Notes under the pieces: generated by a model
Database searches by the model: none
The model's input: only the letters and a program-made list of their open reading frames with translations
What the model was told of the DNA's origin: nothing
Assembly (NCBI GenBank): GCA_040954595.2
Contig: CM082585.2
Location: 9,102,564-9,166,563, forward strand
DNA from: Balanoglossus misakiensis
Lineage: Eukaryota > Animalia > Hemichordata
Direction: 5' to 3'
Length of the DNA: 64,000 bases
Shown: positions 27,318 to 39,269 of the stretch, piece by piece
Position numbering within the stretch: the first letter of the stretch is position 1
Layout: each line of letters opens with the position of its first letter
Translations under genes and position numbers: made by a program

Positions 27318-29593
27318 TGATACTGTATAAAGCTCATAATTGAACTGAGTCCCAGAATATATAAACGACAATCAAACAGGTGGTTTAATTTTAACCATAC
27401 GGAAACCAACCTTATCCTGTAATTTCAATTATAACGTGCCAATGCGCGAATTTCGATGATTCGCTTCGACAAGCTGAGACAATCTCAATTGCCGACCGAA
27501 ATGGAGAGATTCCGCTGAAAAAAACCAACCTTGGATGTTATGTAAGGCGTGTATATATACACCCACACAGCATTATCACTATAGACAATCAGCTCGCCAT
27601 TCAAATGTAAATATTCGCATTTCTTTTTATTGCGGTCCTTTTATCAATTTACCTTTCTCGTTTTATTGAGTGGACATGTTTGGATGAAAAATAACAGAAT
27701 GGCGCTGGTGTTTGTCGAGCTCTGTCTCTGAGAGAGTCTGGATCATATTCTATTGCCGGTCATCTTCGAAAATATTTTCCGATCTCGGGTTACTAACCAT
27801 GACCTAGTTTAATACAAGAAGCCCGACCGCACTGTTCACAGCCAAGTATATAATTGTACACATTTTTGTAGAGGCATTTTGAATGAATTTACCTTGAATT
27901 TAAATCACAAAAAACAAGCCATGTGTTGTACGCGATCCTGCAGGCCAACTTTCAATTGAATATACAATGTACAATCATTTCGATGTGTCTGTCTGCAGGC
28001 ACGATAGCGGTCAGTCCGCCCTAATATAAAAGGGCATTGTGGGAAATCTATTTGTGTGAACCTCAACATATTCCCGGGGGAGGGGGGGTTACGCCGATGT
28101 CAGATCTCCACTTTCACTGGACAGTTGCGTACGATAAATACATAAATAGAGACGATGGCACCATTTCACTGTAGTATTAGCATAAACACTTATGGGGAAT
28201 TATGTAAACAATGCTGTAATGAAGTAAACAAACGAAAATAAAAAGCTTCTCATGCCACGATACGTAACAAGAAAATGAAAGAATTTAATTTTTGTATCTG
28301 CCACCTCGATACAAGTGTAGTAGATTTGTGGGCCCAGAAATGTTTGGTTGTCTCTTGTCTGCTTGTTATTCCCCCCTCCCATTAAAGCTAACCACGTCAC
28401 CGCTGTGTTTACACACGCAAGGTCTTGAGAAGTCGATAGTCAGTGAGTTTATTTTCTGGATTACGTTGTTTGATCTAGATACAGCACTGGTCGGGTCAAT
28501 ATAAACATTTTGTCAAAACAACATCAGTTTAGAGGGCCTGGAACCCGTCGATAATGCGATAATATATTTTACAGATGACACGTTTTAAAAAAAAATACAG
28601 ACTTGAATTATGAAAATACTTTCACATTAATTTGGTAGAAAGCGTTGTATATACTGTGGTCTGTTGAGAGGTCATCTCTAAGGACAGATCTGGTAAATTG
28701 ATTGTCGCTTTTCACTGAAACTTTATCACATAGACGGTGTCTATGCTGAAATACGCAGGCCACGTCTCATGATAATCCGCGCCGTTTAAATAACGCATAC
28801 TACCGACAGAAATATCGACCGCCCCAGGAAGGCGTTATTGATTCCGTATTTTTCGCTTGTAAACGACTTGCATGTCCTCGATATACTGTAAGCCCGGGAC
28901 TGTAGGCCTTCTGGGAATTGGTGTATGTCGATGCGTGCGCATACCCTTTTGTAGTGACAATCGGAAGGGCCCACATTTCATGAGCTTCGTGGCTAGACAG
29001 ACAATAATTGGTCACACATTTTACACGCAAAAACAAACAACAAGATTAGTACTCAGTTAATAATAGCACGGGTGCTGTTGAGGTATGAAAGAACGTGCAT
29101 TGACTGGTTATATTCACGTATACACATGGACGGAGGCAATCACTAGACTTAAAAAATATAATATATAAATAGAGTTGGCATATCGATCCGGTATTAAAGC
29201 CATCTGTTGTGAGTCGTGAGCCGATTATTTCTATAGTTACCAGGGTAACGGAGGCAAAATATTAAATTATGAAATATCCTTTTAGCGGAATACATTTGTA
29301 TTGTGCCGTGACTGACTCGATGTGGGTATCATATAAAATTCATCAATCGCATTCTGACTCTATCCATGTACCAGAGTTTGGTATATCAATGTTATGTTCG
29401 CCTGGTGTAAACGCCAACGGGTAAATAAAAGAGTTGCCACGGTAACCGGTCGATTTAGAGGTTCGCATTACTTAGTGGAGTCCCTTTGACGCGAAGGAAA
29501 CTGCGTTGGACCGCTGGGTTACATTATTCGCTAGTCTGAAACATACCTGGGATTTCAGTACATGTACCAAGTGTACATGTATATACTATTATA

Positions 29594-29917
29594 TTATACC
29601 AGTATATTGATGGTGTAAATCACGCTATTTGATTGGTCGAGACACGACACGTGACCGTGATATATTAGCCATATACCACAGTCATATATCATAGTCAAAG
29701 AAAATGCCTTTTTAAAATGTTTTATGCCAAGTTTCAATATACTGGCATAATATAATAGCAATAAAACACCCCCAGCCATGGTATACCACTCGATTTTGAC
29801 CAGTTCAACTCCATATACGCACTCGCTATCGCTCGTGCGTATATGTCGTGAACTGGTCAAAATCTCGTGGTATACCATGGCTGGGGGTGTTTTATTGCTT
29901 AAGTATATCACGGTCAC
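29594..29917. mobile_element. Fold-back non-autonomous element with a 143-bp near-perfect hairpin
   Basis: AGCAATAAAACACCCCCAGCCATGGTATACCAC..GATTTTGACCAGTTCA..CATATACGCAC (from 29757) is mirrored to 29899. Extra inverted pairs lie at 29651-29664/29904-29917 and 29599-29610/29734-29745. Confidence 0.7.
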
Positions 29918-32618
29918 TGAACGGAGGTCATAAGTATTTCCAACAATATTCCGCAATATTCGCGCATGACATGGTTTTCCCTGACCCTTACTGGACAAGC
30001 ACAGATTTCCGTGAACCCTGGATTATTGCCGAAAACCGTTTTATTATATGATTAATCTGGGGAGCTGCCCATGCAGGGAGTAAATTGCATTGGACAAGAT
30101 TACCTTGCCAGATAACAACGTCTCTTTAATTTATTTGCGGTAATAAGAAAGAATAGCCGTGTAGGCTTTCTAAATTGATCAATTACACCATTTCGAAGAC
30201 GACTTAACCGGGCACGACTATTAAAGGGAGGTTAATAATGAAATACATATGACGTACTTCGGTAATTCAGCAGTAGGTTAAAATGATTACCCCCCCCCCC
30301 TCCCCCAATTATGAAAAGATGCCATTTACTAATCTTACATCTGAATGGTATCAATATCATGCTGTATGTGCTTCTATATGAATGATTATGCCAGTGTCAT
30401 GCGCACATGCGAGAAGGTCTCCATAGTGATGACATCAGGGATTCTGACGACTGTGTGCAGTTGATATGTACAGCGCCCTCAACGCATTTACTCGAAACTA
30501 CCCACCCGTCACGCATCCAACTTAATTAACAGACCAACCATCGTGCCAATGGTTTCGAGAACGGATCGGTGTGAAAGTCTACACCCTTTCAATTTTATCC
30601 TGTCAAGCTCGTCAGGACGCGAGGTCACCAAAACAATGTCACTGCGGACATTGTTAAAGTTGGTCAGCCAGAACTCCTATGAACTTAGGCAGCATTCACA
30701 AGCAACTCTAAAGGGGGGGGGGGGCCTCGCGGAATAGAGGCCCCAATAGCTGCCACGTTTACCGTGATATCTATAATGGACGAGATACTTAAATTTTCTC
30801 CTTATCCTTAATAGTCGACAAATGGCACTATTTTGACTTTTGGGGATTTTGCTCTAAACAGTGAAATCCGTTCATACTCCTCATCCCCCGCGCCCAGAGG
30901 TGTTAGTGAGTGGTACCTAGCCCAAGCCATTAATGAATCAGACTGAGGTCAAAGCACGCATTTACATTGTTTACGACTTTGTTAAACCTGTATGTGTACT
31001 TGTATTGAGCATTCTCTCTGTCCCTTGTTACCAGACACACCCGATTTGAAAGCTATACACGAAAGAAAGGGGCCATCACCGCACACAGTGAACGTTTTTT
31101 TCCACACGGCACAGGTTGGCCTGTTCGGTTAGTGGCTGTAAAACAAGGTAAATCTTATTTTTAATATCAGAATGTTATCTTACCTTCACTTTTTCCGGAA
31201 ACCTTAAAAGTCATAACGCAACATTTGGCGCGGGAAAAATTCCAAAATTAACGGGATCTTGGGTACGTATACGGTCGTGGTGTCACCTGTTGGGATAAGT
31301 ACACGACAATTTACTCCATCAGAATTGAACAGTCCTACTTAGTAACGCTGAAAACATAATCATAGCAAACCACAATCATCGGAGAAATTGGTTCAATTAT
31401 TCCATATGCGCAATATCGACAATCGTACACATGCTCACGTTTACGTTATATACAGTTTTTAAAAGATAAGTGACTACTCGTGTATATATTGTGCAAAAAA
31501 AATCGAACGGCGTCGCGGATCAAAGAATTCTTTTCACATCAGTCTGCCAATGAGGTCAGGTAAAATGGCGGCGGTCATTTGGAACATAAGTGGAAGAAAC
31601 ACAACTTAAGTAAACAAAATGTATTTGCTGTAAAATTACCTTAAAATTAGGGAAGTAGGTCGGTAGGAATTTCTTTAATTTTTAATTCTTCCCGACCCAA
31701 CAATAATTAGTTGATAGTTGTGAGTTCTTTCATGAAGGACTATTTAGTGGCCGGGTCGTCACCAGTTGCGTGTATGGGTTCCAACATAACACGGTTGCCA
31801 GCTATATATAGTCAAAGTAGGCGCAAAGTGCAAATTTTGCACATTGTCGACTGACATAGGAAACAATGCCTGAGAATCTCATCTGGACGGGGCCCGGGGG
31901 AATTCACCCACTGTTGACAACGCTCACCAATTGGCCAAAGGGCCCCTTAAAATGATGTCACTCACATGTTGCATTGAAAATATTACATTCCACCCCACCC
32001 TCCTAAAGAGCCCCCCCCCCCCAAAGAGGGACACCCCCCCCCCCCCCTGTAGATGCCATCCTGGATGGAACACTGATTACGTCATAAATTTTGATCATGT
32101 TTTAAATTACTTTGATGTAACTTGTGTAGCTTGAGATGCATGGTAACCCTAAACTGCGGGAACAAAGCAGATAGTGTGTTCATCAACAGACAAATCGCAC
32201 ACTTGAGCTCAGACGACCCATTGCCCTTTAACCCATACCAATAAATAAGTTATAAATTTTACAACTGATATTTTGTATAAAAAAAAATGAGGCTTGAGAT
32301 GTGACCGATTCTTTCGTGACAAAATTGCGCATGTGTTGGATTTTCTGTTGTTCCACTATAATTATTTTAGTTAATTTCAATCTTATTAGACTGCTCATGA
32401 AAGCTATACCATTACCAAATACAAATATACCAATGTGCACAATATAAGCCACACAAAAACGATCATTGCATTTTATGCAGAGGTATAGTTTGAGTTTAAT
32501 GGCAGCCTGCTACACACACTGACGCTCATTCAGCACTGCAGTATATTTTTTGGCGGTTTACAGAATTGGACTTGAACGACCCTGCGGCAGGGGGACACGA
32601 GATTAACCATACACAGCT

Positions 32619-34548
32619 ATGAAGGTTTCTAGGAAGTTCACCATCTTGTGCGTTGGCTACGCGGTGTTCGCGGCCATTCTCCTGTGGTACAGCCAGTCAC
32701 TGCTAAAGCCACTCAATCGTCGCACGACTCAAAATCCGACCCCACCGACGCGGGATAGGCTTGAGAAACCACCGCCATTGCAGTTGCAGTATGATGGCGC
32801 CGAGATTAGGTGAGAAAGTTAGATTAGAATAACTTTGTCGTCCATAAACTTGACGACCGAATTTTTGTGTCACTCAGAGAGTAAAATATTCACACATGGT
32901 ATATGTATCACTGATATGAAGTCAGAGCCCTCTGCTATAAAAAGGCTGTCAACACTCGTGCACCTGCAGGCGTAGGTCGGATATTGCATTCTCCACCATG
33001 GTACCACACCCATACTAAATGTCATGTTTTTATTATCGACGTATAGACTAGCCGCAAGTCTATGGACTTAATTATCATTATGATTGTTATACTTTATTGT
33101 CCCTAAAAGTGGAAATTAGTCATGCAACGGCACACACATGAGCCATTAAAATATAATAAATCAAATGACAAAGTTACAAATTACAAAGGTACGCAAGACG
33201 AATTTAAACGTGATTTAAAACTACAGACACGGCCGTATGAGTATGACAGTTATCTGGTGGAGAAGTCGCATGGCATGCAGGGGGCACATAAGGGACCTTT
33301 CAGTTTTTACGGCTGGGGTGGCAAGTTTGTGTCATCGGTTTTCACAATAAGGCAGACCCCCCCCCCCCGCTCCTAAGTGACCCCCCCCCCCCCGAATATT
33401 GCCGGGCGGGGCCCCCATAACATATATAAACCGTGGTGTTGTGTGTTGTATATGATTTCAGAGCAACTCGGCTTTCCTCAGATGTCAATGAGACCGTGGC
33501 AGACGACCACAAGAACACATCGGCGACCGGGAAGGGGGCCGATGCGCATGCGACAACCCACCCAGCTTGCGAGCCCTACCACCAGATTGTCTTTGTGAAG
33601 ACGCACAAGACGGCCAGCACAACTGCCAACACTATCGTCCAACGGTACGGGCTGGAACATAACTTGACATTTGCCATACCAGCAAAGCGGGGAAAATTTT
33701 CCCTGACGGCTCATTTTAGTCGAAAAATGGTCGCTACTTCCCGCTCGCGGAAGAGCCGCCGCGGCAAAATCAGTCTCCCCGCGTACAACGTCATAGCCAA
33801 CCATGCCAGGTTCAACAAACCGGAAATGGACGCCGTGGTTCCACACGCGCGCTATTTCACGATACTACGAGACCCAGTCACGAGATTTGAATCGGTGTTC
33901 GGCTACTACTCCATGGCGACAAGGTTAAAATTGAAAGGCTCAATTCCCGTACGACAGTTCTTTGAAAAGCCAGACTTCTACTTTAACAAGAAACCGTTCA
34001 TGTATCAACAGCTCAAAAATGGCATGATTTTCACCCTCGGCCTGAATCACGTCTACCATGACGACGAGGCCAAAGTTGACAGCAAGATACGCGAAATCGA
34101 GAAGGAGTTCGATTTGGTTTTGCTCTCGGAATATTTCGACGAATCTCTCTTGTTAATGAAGAAGATGCTGTGCTGGGATGAAGACGACATTTTCTATCTC
34201 CCCAAAGGGATACGTCCGGAGAAGAGGCGCTATGTCATCGACGACGACTTGAAAGAAAAGATTTTGAAATGGAATGCCGCTGATGTGAAACTCTACGCGC
34301 ACCTGAACAGAACTTTTTGGCAGAAGATCGAGGAGTACGGACCGACATTCGAGTCCGATTTGGCGCGATTTCGCGAACGACAGAGGGCGCTTTACACGCA
34401 GTGCATAGACCCGACCAAGGTCAACACTCGGCGTGACCCGAGAGAGCAGTTCTTGGTTCTTAGAAAAAATGCCAGCAAACTGTGTGAAGTGTTGATGAGA
34501 CGAGTGGATTATTTCGTTAGTAGGTACCGAGACAGACAGTGGACATGA
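32619..34548 (+). CDS. GAL3ST: Galactose-3-O-sulfotransferase family protein, copy 1 (type II Golgi membrane), join(32619..32809,33462..34548), 425 aa
   Basis: Exon 1 has a short basic tail and TM helix (FTILCVGYAVFAAILLWY), then AG|GTGAG; a phase-2 intron runs to TTTCAG|A. Catalytic motifs: 5'-PSB FVKTHKTASTT, NHARFN, 3'-PB ILRDPVTRFES, EFDLVLLSEYFDESLLLMKKMLCW, WNAADVKLY. Confidence 0.92.
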
Positions 34549-36995
34549 ATGGACGTGGTAAAGTCAGTATGATCTCAGGCTTAATGTCAGAGTTGGTGCG
34601 CAAGAATGTTTCGTCCCTTTTAAAATATTGACATCTTTTTACCGAGTCTTTTTTTCATCAATGGTTTTACCACGGGGAAAAGCATGTACTAGTATGTGAT
34701 GTTTTTATTTGAGTCATAAATTTGTATTTTGTTTATGGTTTAACCGAGTTGGGTGGCAAATTTCGTGTAAATTACAATTGTAGAAACGGGTTTTCTGTCA
34801 CTATGCGAAGAGACAGATTCCTCGTTCGTGATTGCGCGTCCCGTCCGAGGTCGCGCGCGTGTAGCTGTGAACGCTTGCGTTTTATTCACTGATGAACCGT
34901 GGCATTGTTGTGTGCTGTGTGTTTTCTGTACATGACGACATGTCACAATTGAAAGCCTATCTTATGTAACAGGGGCGTTTTATAGGTCTGTATCGGTCAT
35001 AGAAAGCCAATCAAGGGAACGTCGCCACTCCGGAAACGTGAAGAAGTACATGTATAGACATTCCTTGGCTACCTTCCCCTGGTAATCGGACCATTATTGG
35101 TAAACGTTTTCTTGTGTTTTAAAGGATATACTTATAGTCTCACTTGTGACGTACACCGCTCATGCAGGCTTTAGGAGAGACTTCATCGATTACGTGAGAG
35201 CGCGTTGTGGGATTCTTTGTTGTGATCCTATTGTTTTCTGACAGAACACAATTTACATTGGTACACATCCCGTCATTAAGAAACCCTAAGCAAGGTCCAG
35301 TAATGGCGGTTCACGAGCTACAAGCGTGAGTTTTCGGTCAGTATCGTCACCTCTGACCGCCCAGCCGTAGCATCGAAATAAGGTAAAAGTACAATTTTGA
35401 CCCATTCTGTCTTGTAATCAATAAGCTCTGAGGACTTTCGCTTTTCTCGGGGGAGGAGGGAGGGGGGATTCATATTACCTGTGGATAGACAGCTTTGGTG
35501 CGTCGATGTAGGGGCCATGCACTATGTGTGCTTATTGTATTGTGTGTAGGAGTACACCACACATGGCGGACTCTATTACCACTGTACAAATATTTCTTCA
35601 ACATACTCAGGCACTTTCGGCTTTTTCTGTTTTACCAATATTTAATGCAAAATGGCCGTATATATTTTCGTTAGCTATCATACCACCCACACACCCCGGG
35701 AGGAGGGACAATTCAAAATGTTTTGTGTAGGGGTGTGCAGCCCCTCTGACTGAAACCACCTGTTTCAGAAACCAAGAGAATGTGACCCGAGTGTGACCCG
35801 CTACTGAACAAGAGGCCACATTATTCACAGATTTCTAAATATCGATCCGTACAGCTCTTCCGTGGGCCGGATACCGCCTCCCTCTGGAGTAACCCCACCC
35901 AAGTTCATCCGTGTGCAAAACAATACACGATTTTCTACAAAATTGTCCTCAATACGCTACTCCAGAATGCACAGTATCGCGAAATATATCCCCACTTCAA
36001 AAATCGCGATCAATATATTTTAATTTTTTATGGAATCTTGGTGTGGTATTTTCTTTTTTTTCGTTCATCGTGCGGGGGAAGGGGGTGACGCAAATGCCGT
36101 AACCAATGTCAATAAAATCTTTCTTCAATATAAATTGCACAATGAATACGGCACGGAGCTAGTACAATTGCAGTAGTATTCAAATAATCGATTCCGTGTG
36201 AAAATTGTTACTTTGTCACGTTATTTGCATATTATTGCCGCCTCTTTCATTTTCATCTACCTGCCTGTCGTCTGCGATGTCGTAGTACGCACAAAGGCGC
36301 AGGATTGAGTAGAATTTCGCACTTTTATCAGCGGAGAGGCCGTCGCAATATCGAAAAGGATATCGTGTAGCTTATGTTGGCAAGGGGATTCAAGCGAAAT
36401 AGCTAGCAACAGGTGTTAGTACATGAAGCGCTTGATTTGTTGCTTAGCACCTAGGCTGTGTTTACCAACGCTACGAAATCCGTCCGTTCTACAACTCAAG
36501 TCTATCTCTAAACCTTACCTAGTTAGTGTAAAACGGGTGAAAACTCACCAGATCATCCGTGATCCAGACATTTTCGAGCAACTTCCGAAACCACGTTCAG
36601 CGTCGCTTGACAAAGGGTATCTAATTTGCGATATATTCTGATGAGGGGTGACTCCGGTGAGTGCATCGTCTTGTGTTGGCTTGCATGTTGCATTTATGAC
36701 CTCTCTATCTCGCACCTGTCAGTCAGACGAGTCGCACAATCCTGGGAAGATTGCATCGTGGCAGTGAGTCGCGATCGCTCCGTAGACATTTCTTGTGGTA
36801 GGCTAGGCAGTAGCCTTCACCAGTTTCCAATAAGGACTGGTCGGGTTATTGGAATCACATATTACCGATGATGCTGGCTGACCGTAGACTCTCTGTCATG
36901 GGTGTTTCACTTTACAGGTTCCTGCTCAAAATTGTGAAAGCACGGTGTGCTCGGTGGAGAACTTGGACCGCCTTCAAACTTCAGCCAAAATAACT

Positions 36996-38660
36996 ATGCA
37001 GATCCCCAGAAAATTGTTCCTCCTTTTCGTCGCCTACGGTGTGTGTATCGTCGCCTTCCTTCAGTTCAGCGGGTTAATGAGGCCATACGCCAAAGCGGTG
37101 AATAGTCAAGATCACAGACAAGAGAAGAGGGTCGATATACAGTCGAATTTGTCGGCATTGATGGTGAATGCAACTGACGGCGATAGGCATGATAGGTAAG
37201 GAAGTATAGTATGCACCGTATCTGGATCCAATCGACATCAGTCGTGATTTCTATGATTTAACAGACAACTGATGGGTCGTATAGCCTAGGTTTTGCATAA
37301 ATATCATGAACAACACACAAATTGATCATAGATTCTTGACAAAAAATCTCCCCGCGATGTGTGTACAGTACCTGTTAAAAAACACGGCAGAAGTCCGCCA
37401 TCTTGGAATGAGATTTTTATCACTCACTTAGGTAGTGAATCGTATTTCTGAGGAAGCAGGAATCGAGAGAAGCAAAGATTAAATATGGAAAGGAATCGCT
37501 GGCTCGTTTTTTTATTAATCTGGTGTCTCACATAATTATTGTGGCATAAATGTACTGTTTTGTGTTACAGAGCAACTGGACTTTCAACAAAATCCATCCT
37601 GATTACGTCACTAGAAAACAAAACTTACACACCAGCGACCAAAGAGGGCGCTACCCTGACCTACTCGAATTGTAAGCCCCAGCGCCAAATCGTCTTCGTC
37701 AAGACACACAAGACAGCCAGTACAACTGCCAACACCATCGTCCAACGGTACGGACTGGAGCACAACTTGACATTTGCGATACCGCAGAGACGGGGGAAAT
37801 TTTCACTAATTTCTCTCTTCCATCGGAAAATGGTTGCTTCCTCGCCGGAGCAGCCCCCTCAACGCAGCAGACAACCGCGAAACCAGGAAGTGTACAACGT
37901 GATAGCCAATCATGCCAGATTTAACAAACCGGAAATGGACGCTGTTGTTCCGCAGGCGCGCTACCTCACGATACTGCGAGATCCGGTCACGAGGTTCGAG
38001 TCCGTGTTTGGTTACTACTCCATGGCGGTGAGCCTTGAATTGCAGAAGTCTCCAAACCCCATCGCAAAGTTTTTCGAAGATCCAGACTTCTACTTTAACA
38101 AGAAACCATTCATGTACCAGCAGCTCAAAAATGGCATGATTTTCACCCTCGGCCTGAATCACGCCTACCACGAGGACGAGGCCAAAGTTGACAGCAAGAT
38201 AAACGAAATCGAGACAGAGTTCGATTTGATTCTGCTCTCGGAATATTTCGATGAATCGCTCTTGTTAATGAAGAAGATACTGTGCTGGGATGAAGACGAC
38301 ATTTTCTATCTCCCCAAAGGAATACGTCCAGAGAAGCGGCGCTATGTCATCGATGATGACTTGAAAGAAAATATTTTGAAATGGAATGCTGCTGACGTGA
38401 AACTTTACGCCCATGCCAATAGAACATTTTGGCAAAAGGTCAATGAATACGGACCGACATTCGACTCTGACTTGGCACACTTCCGCGAACGACAGAGGGC
38501 GCTGTATAAGGAATGCATCGATCCAGGCAGAGTTGGCCGGCGGGGCGATCCGAGAGAGACATTCCTTGCTCTCAAGAAGAACGCGAGTGAGCTCTGTCAA
38601 GTTCTGATGAAACGTGTGGACGATTTCGTGAACATGTACCGAGCCAGGCAATGGACGTGA
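36996..38660 (+). CDS. GAL3ST: Galactose-3-O-sulfotransferase family protein, copy 2 (tandem paralog), join(36996..37195,37571..38660), 429 aa
   Basis: Same two-exon structure and phase-2 intron (AG|GTAAG ... TTACAG|A). TM helix LFLLFVAYGVCIVAFLQF; the PAPS-binding motifs FVKTHKTASTT and ILRDPVTRFES are identical to copy 1. Confidence 0.92.
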
Positions 38661-39269
38661 AAAAAATACATATATGAATACATTTGTAAGAAAATTGAAT
38701 TGCTGAAGTATTTTTTTATGAAATATTTACACAACGAAAGACTCCCAGTGGAGTCCATTGTGTTGTCTTCTTCAGCTCGTCATACGTGCGCCCCCTGTGT
38801 TCAGGTCACAGTGAGTTATGGATGTGCAGGATAGTTAGCTGGACTCGACATTTTATATATTTTGAAAGAATATTAACGTTTTATAACATAGTAAACCCTT
38901 TAAAATTAAAACATTTGAAAATAGTTGATACTTTTCTCAATGTTATAATAATGAATTTGAAGCCGAATCTGAAAATTGCAGTACCTGACCCCGAATTCAA
39001 AATGTTAAAAATGCGTTTGTTTGTCATCGACATAGAAGATAAATAGGTACATACAGTCTAATGTAAAGGTAGACAGACAGGTTTATGATTTGCAAATTGC
39101 AGGGAGAGAAATATAACTAAAATATCATGGACTGATATAAAATGTATTTTGTGAACAAACTGGAAACAGGTATTGGCAGCACCATGGTAGGTTAACAAGA
39201 TAATATTACATATTTCAGTCGAATAAATAGTCCGGAAATATCACGGTCTGGTTTCTCTGGGATTCAAGG

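Noticed and set aside
26216-27409. Several antisense and alternate-frame ORFs over FAM43
   Set aside because: Shadows of a GC-rich coding region. The same applies to the antisense ORFs over both GAL3ST genes and over 41716-42270.
31745-31800. Possible tRNA or tRNA-derived SINE (TAGTGG..GGTTCCAAC)
   Set aside because: Only weak A/B-box resemblance, and no cloverleaf could be formed.
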